64,000 bases of DNA. Source: the human T2T-CHM13v2.0 reference genome, Homo sapiens. Position 1 is the first letter of the stretch; each line of letters starts with the position of its first letter. A program made the position numbers and the translations under genes. The notes beneath the pieces are model-generated. The model was not told the DNA's origin and ran no database searches. It worked only from the letters and a program-made list of their open reading frames with translations. Below are positions 53,351-64,000 of the stretch, one piece after another. The stretch lies in the NCBI RefSeq assembly GCF_009914755.1, contig NC_060932.1, one strand, 5' to 3'.

Positions 53351-54837
53351 AAGACAAGATACCTTCTCTCTCCACTGAGGACTTCAGAATGTTTAACTGT
53401 ATTCACTTTTAGAGGGTTCAGGACTTGGGGAAGGGAAAGAATGATTCGATTCTATTTGTACCCTTCACAGGGTAGTCGTAACTACCCTCGAGGCAGTCCT
53501 GAAGTACATAGCAGAGGCTCTTTTGCAAAAATTTGTTTTGGCTTTTCAAATTTATCCTTTTGTAAGGTCATCTATTTCAGAATATCTTTTATTGAAATAT
53601 AGTTACAGGGAGGGATCACTTTCATATTTATTTTGTTCTCACAGTTCTTTGAAAGACAGTGGATGAAAATGCTATTCATTGTATAGATGGGAACCTGGAG
53701 CTAGAGAAACACGTAAAGTGATTTGGCTGAGTCCGGAGTAACTGCCACAGTTTTCTGACTGCTGATGTATTCCTGCTGATTACCTACACAGTACTAACCA
53801 CAGTCACATCTAGAGAAAAGGGCGAGTTTTTTGAAGTGCACAGTAGTCTTTGATTCAGCATTTTTTTTTGGGGGGGGGGAACTTCTCCCTGAAGAGTCAG
53901 CACTTTTGATGAACTTTTTCTAGTAGAACAGCTTCAAAGGAATTGGCAGTGGTGGGCTATGTCTTATCTATAATCTTGGATAGAGCTGTTCAATTTACAG
54001 TTCATCTGGAGGAAATAATGAACAATAAGGTGAACTGAAAGTGCTCAGGTTGTCAATCACAGTTCTTTGGCAAAAAGTGAGTCTCAAATTATGCTGAAGA
54101 CTGAGCCTCAGGGTTCTGTCTCAGAAGTCCTGGATCTTTTTCTCTTTTGGTATACCTTGTAGGGACTAGATAAAATCTAAAGAAACAGTACTCAGGATCT
54201 AACTAAATGCTGAGAGCTAGATAGTGTAATTCAGCTTTTAAAACTTGGCACAAAATACTCATTTTTATTTTTTTGGTATATTAGTCTTAGGAGCCTCATG
54301 TACATTAGTTTTTTCAACCTAAAAAGAAACTTCAGGGCTTCAAAAATCTGATTTTGTGATTATTTCCACAACTCACGAGATAATACCATTGGCCAACTGG
54401 AATGCCAAAGTAAACCTTTGCCAAAGGTCTCCATGTAGTTTACCCGTCCCTAAGCAGCAAGTCTTCTTTTGAACTTGGTTCTGCTTAGGAGTACTACAGT
54501 TTTGACTGAGTACCTCCTACTTAAAATTTTGCTCTTGTACATATTTAAATCTGTCTACAGGTTACATCTTTTTCACTCTTTGGGTGTGGAATTATATATC
54601 ATTTATAAATTAATTCATGTTAGATTTCCATTTTTCATCAATTTTTAAAGACAGACATAGTATAAACATTAGCATAGTGCCCTTGGGACGCTTAGGCAGT
54701 GAACCAAGGCAGTCTAAAATTTCCTATTGACATGAGTGATTCTTGGAACTAGAAATTTCAAACTATATTCTTGATGCTGAAACAAAATTTTTTATCCAGC
54801 AGGACATCTACTTCTAAGATTATACCATGTGCAAATG

Positions 54838-54965
54838 TACTATGCGTTTATTGAGTTAAAAAAATGAGCCAGGTAGGCAGTGGAGGAGAGGTGCTTTGGT
54901 TACTATGCATTTATTGAGTTAAAAAATGAGCCAGGTAGGCAGTGGAGGAGAAGTGCTTTGGTTAC
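54838..54965 (+). repeat. 63-bp tandem duplication
   Basis: tactatgc.tttattgagttaaaaaatgagccaggtaggcagtggaggaga.gtgctttggt occurs twice. Confidence 0.92.
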
Positions 54966-55007
54966 ATCGGGGATAAAAGAGTATTAACTGTATATCTAAA
55001 ATGTGGG

Positions 55008-55042
55008 GTGTGTGTGTGTGTGTCTGTGTGAGTATGTGTGTG
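55008..55042. repeat. Interrupted (TG)n microsatellite
   Basis: Direct reading. Confidence 0.85.
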
Positions 55043-56487
55043 TATTTGAAAATAAAATGCTAGGTAAGTGATGTTTTATAGAAAGGGATCGATGGATCTT
55101 CTAAGATATTTTAAACAGACTATCAATGAATAGGAAGTTGTAAATTAAGGCGTGTTAACAGGTGGTTTAACTTTACCATGAAAGGTTTTCCTTTTGAATC
55201 AGCCCATAGTTTAGTGTTTCTATGTGGGTGCTATTGGCAGTTTGGAGGTCTGTTTCGCCCCTACCCACTAAATGCTGATTAGCGATCTCCACATTGGGAC
55301 AACCCAAAATGCTCCCATACATTTCCAGACTCCTCCTGGAGGAGAGAGGCACCATTTGGTGCAAAACATGCATGTGGTGTCAGTTTATTTGTTGGACAAA
55401 TATTAAGATGTTGAGGTTACAGAGGTTAAAAGTAATATTTTAATAAACTGCATATAATGGAATTCAAGTAATTTAAAATCTAGTGTTTGATGTTTTAATG
55501 TAACTCCTTTAGTGTAAAATTACTGAAACTATATCCTAATATTTCTTTGAGGCACTTGTCTTTTGTAAAACTGCATGAATAACTCAAATAGAGTCCCCTT
55601 AATCCCAATAAAATGTAGTCACTAAATGTCTTTGGGCAACTAATTTCACCAGCTGTTCCCTCATTTGCAAGTGGGGGTGGTGATAACACATCTTGTGAGG
55701 GAATTAAATACAAAATTGCTTTAGTAGATGCAAGTGCTTATCACTGGGCACAACATGTGGTACATATTCAGTGATAGTTGTTACCAGTAAACAGAATCTC
55801 AAGCTTACTTAGGGTCATGAGTTGGAGAAAACTAATCTTAAAGTCTTTAAGTTGGTGAATTTCAGGCCAAAATACATTGTATTGGAGATATCAGCACCTT
55901 CTAGCAGAATGTGGTACCGTGGTCCAGTCACTATTATAAATTGCCAGCCATGAAGAAAAGGGAAGTCATGTTTTGGGAGCCATGAGTGTAGATTCAGGGA
56001 ATCCCCTGGCATGGAAGGAATTATTTGCCCACTGGGTCACCGCTGAGTTGCCTGTGCAGAGGAGGAGTCTCTAGAAGCTGAGAAGGTTTTGGTGATTACT
56101 TGCAGTAATGGGTGTACGACAGGGCCCTCCTGGCCATGTCTGCCAATTCAGTAGCTTTACCAGAAGTTACTAGAAATTTTCCAACATTGTATTATGTATT
56201 ACATCCCCAGCCCCCACTCCACAATGTCACAGTGTGTTTCCAGTTTTTGTGATAGGTATCTGTGTGAAAGTAAGGCTTTGCTTTTACAGATTGCTTTCTA
56301 GGCAAATGTGGAATAAAAAAATTGTAGTTGATAAAATGAGTCTAATAAAGATTAAATTGCCTTTCATATTTAAGTATATTTATGGCAAGAAATTATGGTA
56401 GTTTTAATAGGATTATAGAGCATTTATGGGTATTGTTTCCATTGAAAACAAAACACGGAATATTTAAGATTTATTTAAGAAAGGCGG

Positions 56488-56832
<345 letters not shown>

Positions 56833-59246
56833 TCATGGACGTATTCCTTGAAAGGTAAAATCCCCCTTCTAGTTACTGAAAATGTTTAAACAAGTTGTAT
56901 TATGAGCAAGCCCCTCCCACAATCCCAATTAAGATGCTTCTGTTTCGAAGGATAGAATTTTTACATTCAAAGAGGAAGCAGTTATTTTTACTTTTTATAT
57001 GTATGGTGTTAGTGATTTCTAGGGTAGGATGTGGCAACTTTTTAACTGAGTGGATTGTGGTAAATGTTTCGCACAGATCAATTCTGTTAAAAGTTGATGT
57101 GCACATTTGGAAGGCTATGTGATATTTCACTGATAGCTGAGGTATGCCTTCTTGTGCTTCTTAAAATAAGCTGCTTTAGTAAACTTGGTATTTTCAAGTA
57201 CTGAAAAGGAAGTTGTTTTGCATGGAGACCACCTTCTAGGCTTAATTTATTGTGAAATTTAATTTACTGTGAAAGGTGATTGCATTTCAGAGACCACGGT
57301 TTGGTTTTCTTGAAAGCATTGAAATCAGTTAAGTGTCGGAGCACTTAGTGGAGTGCGGTACTGTTTTCTGTGGTTGCCCCTATCTTGGGTCAATCCCATA
57401 CCTTCCATTCACAGAAGCAGTGCCAGCAGATGTCTTGTTCAGGCTTATAACCAACCCCCCCTCACCTTTTATGTTGTAATAGTTATTGTTTTATTGTCTT
57501 TATATGCAAATCAATTGTGGTAGGAAAATAATCCATAGCCTTCAAACTCTCAGAAGTGGGAGATAAAGTAAATAAAATTAACAGTCCCATAGCTTTGGAT
57601 CTAGGGTTTTTTTTTTTTCTCCTTTCCTCCCACTTTTTTCCCTTCCATGTTGAAAAATAATTGTTACTTTTTTTTTTAAGCAGCACACTTATTGCAGTCA
57701 GACAAAATAGAAGTGCCTACAGAATTGACTAGTGTTTCCCTTGTGCCTCCCTATGTTCTTCAGTGTTTTTTTCTGTCTTGACATCTACATGAAGTCTTCC
57801 TCCCACCCTCCCTGCACACACACAGACCTGCCTGCTCGTAAGACCTGCCACCCTCTCCCACCCCCAATTGTAAGCTCCATGAGGACAGGGTCTACATTTT
57901 GTTTGTTTTGTTTCTCAGAGTCTATTACAGTTTTGGGAACTTAAGTACCCAAAATATTTTGTGAGATGAATAAGAGCTTTAATTGAGAACAGTTACAGTC
58001 AGATGAGATGTGTGACAAAACATAAAATAGATGTCTGCCTAATGCTGTTAATGACATGAGTGTAAGTAGACATGTGGGAGAAGTAGTGGGATTATAGTAA
58101 CAGGTTTGGTGCATGGATGGACTTAGTTGGGAAAATCATTTTGTTAAGGGAGGCTTGGGTTGGCTTAAACTGGAAGAGAGAAATTTGTTTTGTGCGAAAC
58201 GAGCAAAGGCAGGGTAGGAAAGGGAAGGAGGCCTGAGGTCAAGATGGATAAAGAGAGCTCAGGAGGAATGCGAGGATAAGGCAGAAAAACTCAGACAGGG
58301 ATGCTAGTAGTGATGACAGTGAAGATTGGCAGATTTGAGTTTTGTTTCCAAGAAAGAAGCAGGACTAGGGGTGTCTGTTTTGGTGAGTTGTTCAGCCTTC
58401 TGTCCATAGCCTTCAAGAGTATTGCCATTTCTTGTAACATTAAATATACTGTATAATCATAGAAATGCCTGTCTTGTTACAGTGGTTCTGAAATTTGGGT
58501 GAATTACCTGAGGGACTTAAAATAGGAAAAAAGAATCCTGGGCCTCACCTAGTATAGGTTCAGGTAGTGAGTATAGGAGCAGAAGAGGATCCTGGATATT
58601 GTAATCCAATCCTCTCATTTTACAAGTGAAGACATTTATGCAGACAATTATATGCAGAACTGGGATTAGATTCCAAGTCTTCATATCCTCAGCGCAGTGC
58701 TCTGGCGATTACATTGTGCTTCCTGAAATTGACATTTGGGTTTTCTTTGACTATGATTCCCAGTGAGGTAAAAGGGCCGTTTACCAACTTTGATCACATC
58801 TTCAGAAGTAGCTACAATTAACCAGCTTTGCCCTTCTCTTTTGTATGAACTCCAGGGCTCTTTGTTATGATGCCATTTAATGGTCTCTAAACTTTTCAGT
58901 GTTTTCAAATATGAGGATACTGCCCTAATAAGGATGCGGTGGGACATTTTTTTGTTTGTGTTTACATGTAATAATTTATTATTTAAAAATTAGGAAAAAA
59001 ATATACAGAAAGGATGAAAACAAACATTCATAATCACTCCCAAGAGATAATTGTTGACAGTTTTTTTTTTTATAATTTAATGTTTATACCTATGCATATC
59101 CTTATTTTCTTTCTTAAGATCGGCATAGCTAGGCCAAAGGATATGCACATTTTGTGGGTTTTGATAAATATTGCCAAATTGTGTTCCAGAAATTGTCTAT
59201 CTTTTGTTCTTTCTTCCTTCCTTCCTTCTTTTCTCTCTCTCTCTCT

Positions 59247-59998
<752 letters not shown>

Positions 59999-60384
59999 TA
60001 TTAATGCTTTTAAATAAATTCATGTTTTACTTATCAAGATAGCACGCCATACATTTGCAAATTAATGGCACATAAGTGAATGTTGGAGACATTTATTCAA
60101 GCTGCAGCTGTTTTTTTTTTTTAAACAAAAATGAACATTTTTCCTTGTTAGTACAAAAGCAATACATGTTCATTGTGTTCCATTTTTCACAAACACAGTA
60201 GTACTCCAGTCTTTTAGCCTAGATTTGGTAAATTTTTGGCATTTATTGTTGTCAGTCCTGTTTTCTGTTAAATGTTAAAACATGGGGCTGAGAGAGGCTG
60301 TGAGGTTGTGGCTGAATCCCTGCATAGAAACAATCAGAACAATTAGAAAAACCGAACACTCGTGAATAATACATACAACAAAAC

Positions 60385-63320
<2,936 letters not shown>

Positions 63321-63349
63321 CGGGAAGTGAGGGAAGCTAACCAACTATA

Positions 63350-64000
63350 ATCCAGGTGCTTGATGTTATCTCATTTAATCCTCACAGTAATTTTTATTGA
63401 AGAATATTCAGCAAATATCTTCTGAGATTCTACCATGCTGGTCTCTGTGCCAGGTACTGAGGATAAAGTGGTGAGCAAAAACTATCATGATTTCCACTTA
63501 CCGTCCTGGGCAGTTTATTTGAAAGACAGATACTAGTAAAAAGTGCTCCCCCACCCCCAGAGAAATACTACAAAGAAGGTTCTATGAGAGCATATAATAC
63601 ATTCATCCTTAACATATAATATATGCTGTCATATGATATATAATGAGACACATACTACATAATATACCTTGTATAATATATAAGATGCTTTATGTGCCCT
63701 GGTTTCTTTGTAACTACTACCCCTCTAATGGGGTTTCTCTAACTACTAAGTGAGTTAATACACGTGAAGTGTTTTGACTTGTGCTAGTAGATAGGAAGTG
63801 CCCAGTAAGTGTTGGCTGCTATGAACATTTGACAGTTCTAATTGTCTAATACTGCAGGGGTACACCTATACTAACTCAGGGAACAGTGGAGTAGGACTAC
63901 ATATTGGGGAAGAGATGATAAGTTTGACTAGAAGTGTTGGGTTTTAGCTGCTTTTGAGACATTCAGGTGGAAAATGTCTTGTAGTCAGATGTGGATACTG
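63350..64000. mobile_element. MIR/L2 fragments
   Basis: tcatttaatcctcaca, tattcagcaaatat...ccaggtactgaggata, gagacattcaggtggaaatgtc. Confidence 0.55.

Overview
Primate, almost certainly human, genomic DNA. It is dominated by repeats: about 50 Alu copies, L1/L2/MIR fragments, DNA transposons and many ERV LTRs. No complete protein-coding gene is visible. Main landmarks are (1) a 17-kb nested transposon stack at 8.0-25.4 kb (ERVL > Tigger > near-full-length decayed ERV1 provirus > further inserts); (2) an internally deleted HERV-H provirus at 32040-34551 whose primer site is tRNA-Phe type and whose deletion starts exactly at the end of that site; (3) an Alu-Alu recombination tandem duplication at 43.4-43.95 kb; (4) an NPM1 processed pseudogene at 46.6-48.6 kb; and (5) a CpG-island promoter with a non-coding first exon of an unidentified + strand gene at 50.8-51.4 kb, apparently followed by intron to the window end. 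The most novel candidates are two clusters of in-phase, splice-site-bounded minus-strand mini-exons in repeat-free DNA: 6448-7038 (a putative MGCTLS-initiated lipid-anchored protein) and 42394-42768. Repeat family names come from recognition of consensus sequences, not from a database search, and boundaries are approximate unless a target-site duplication (TSD) is quoted.
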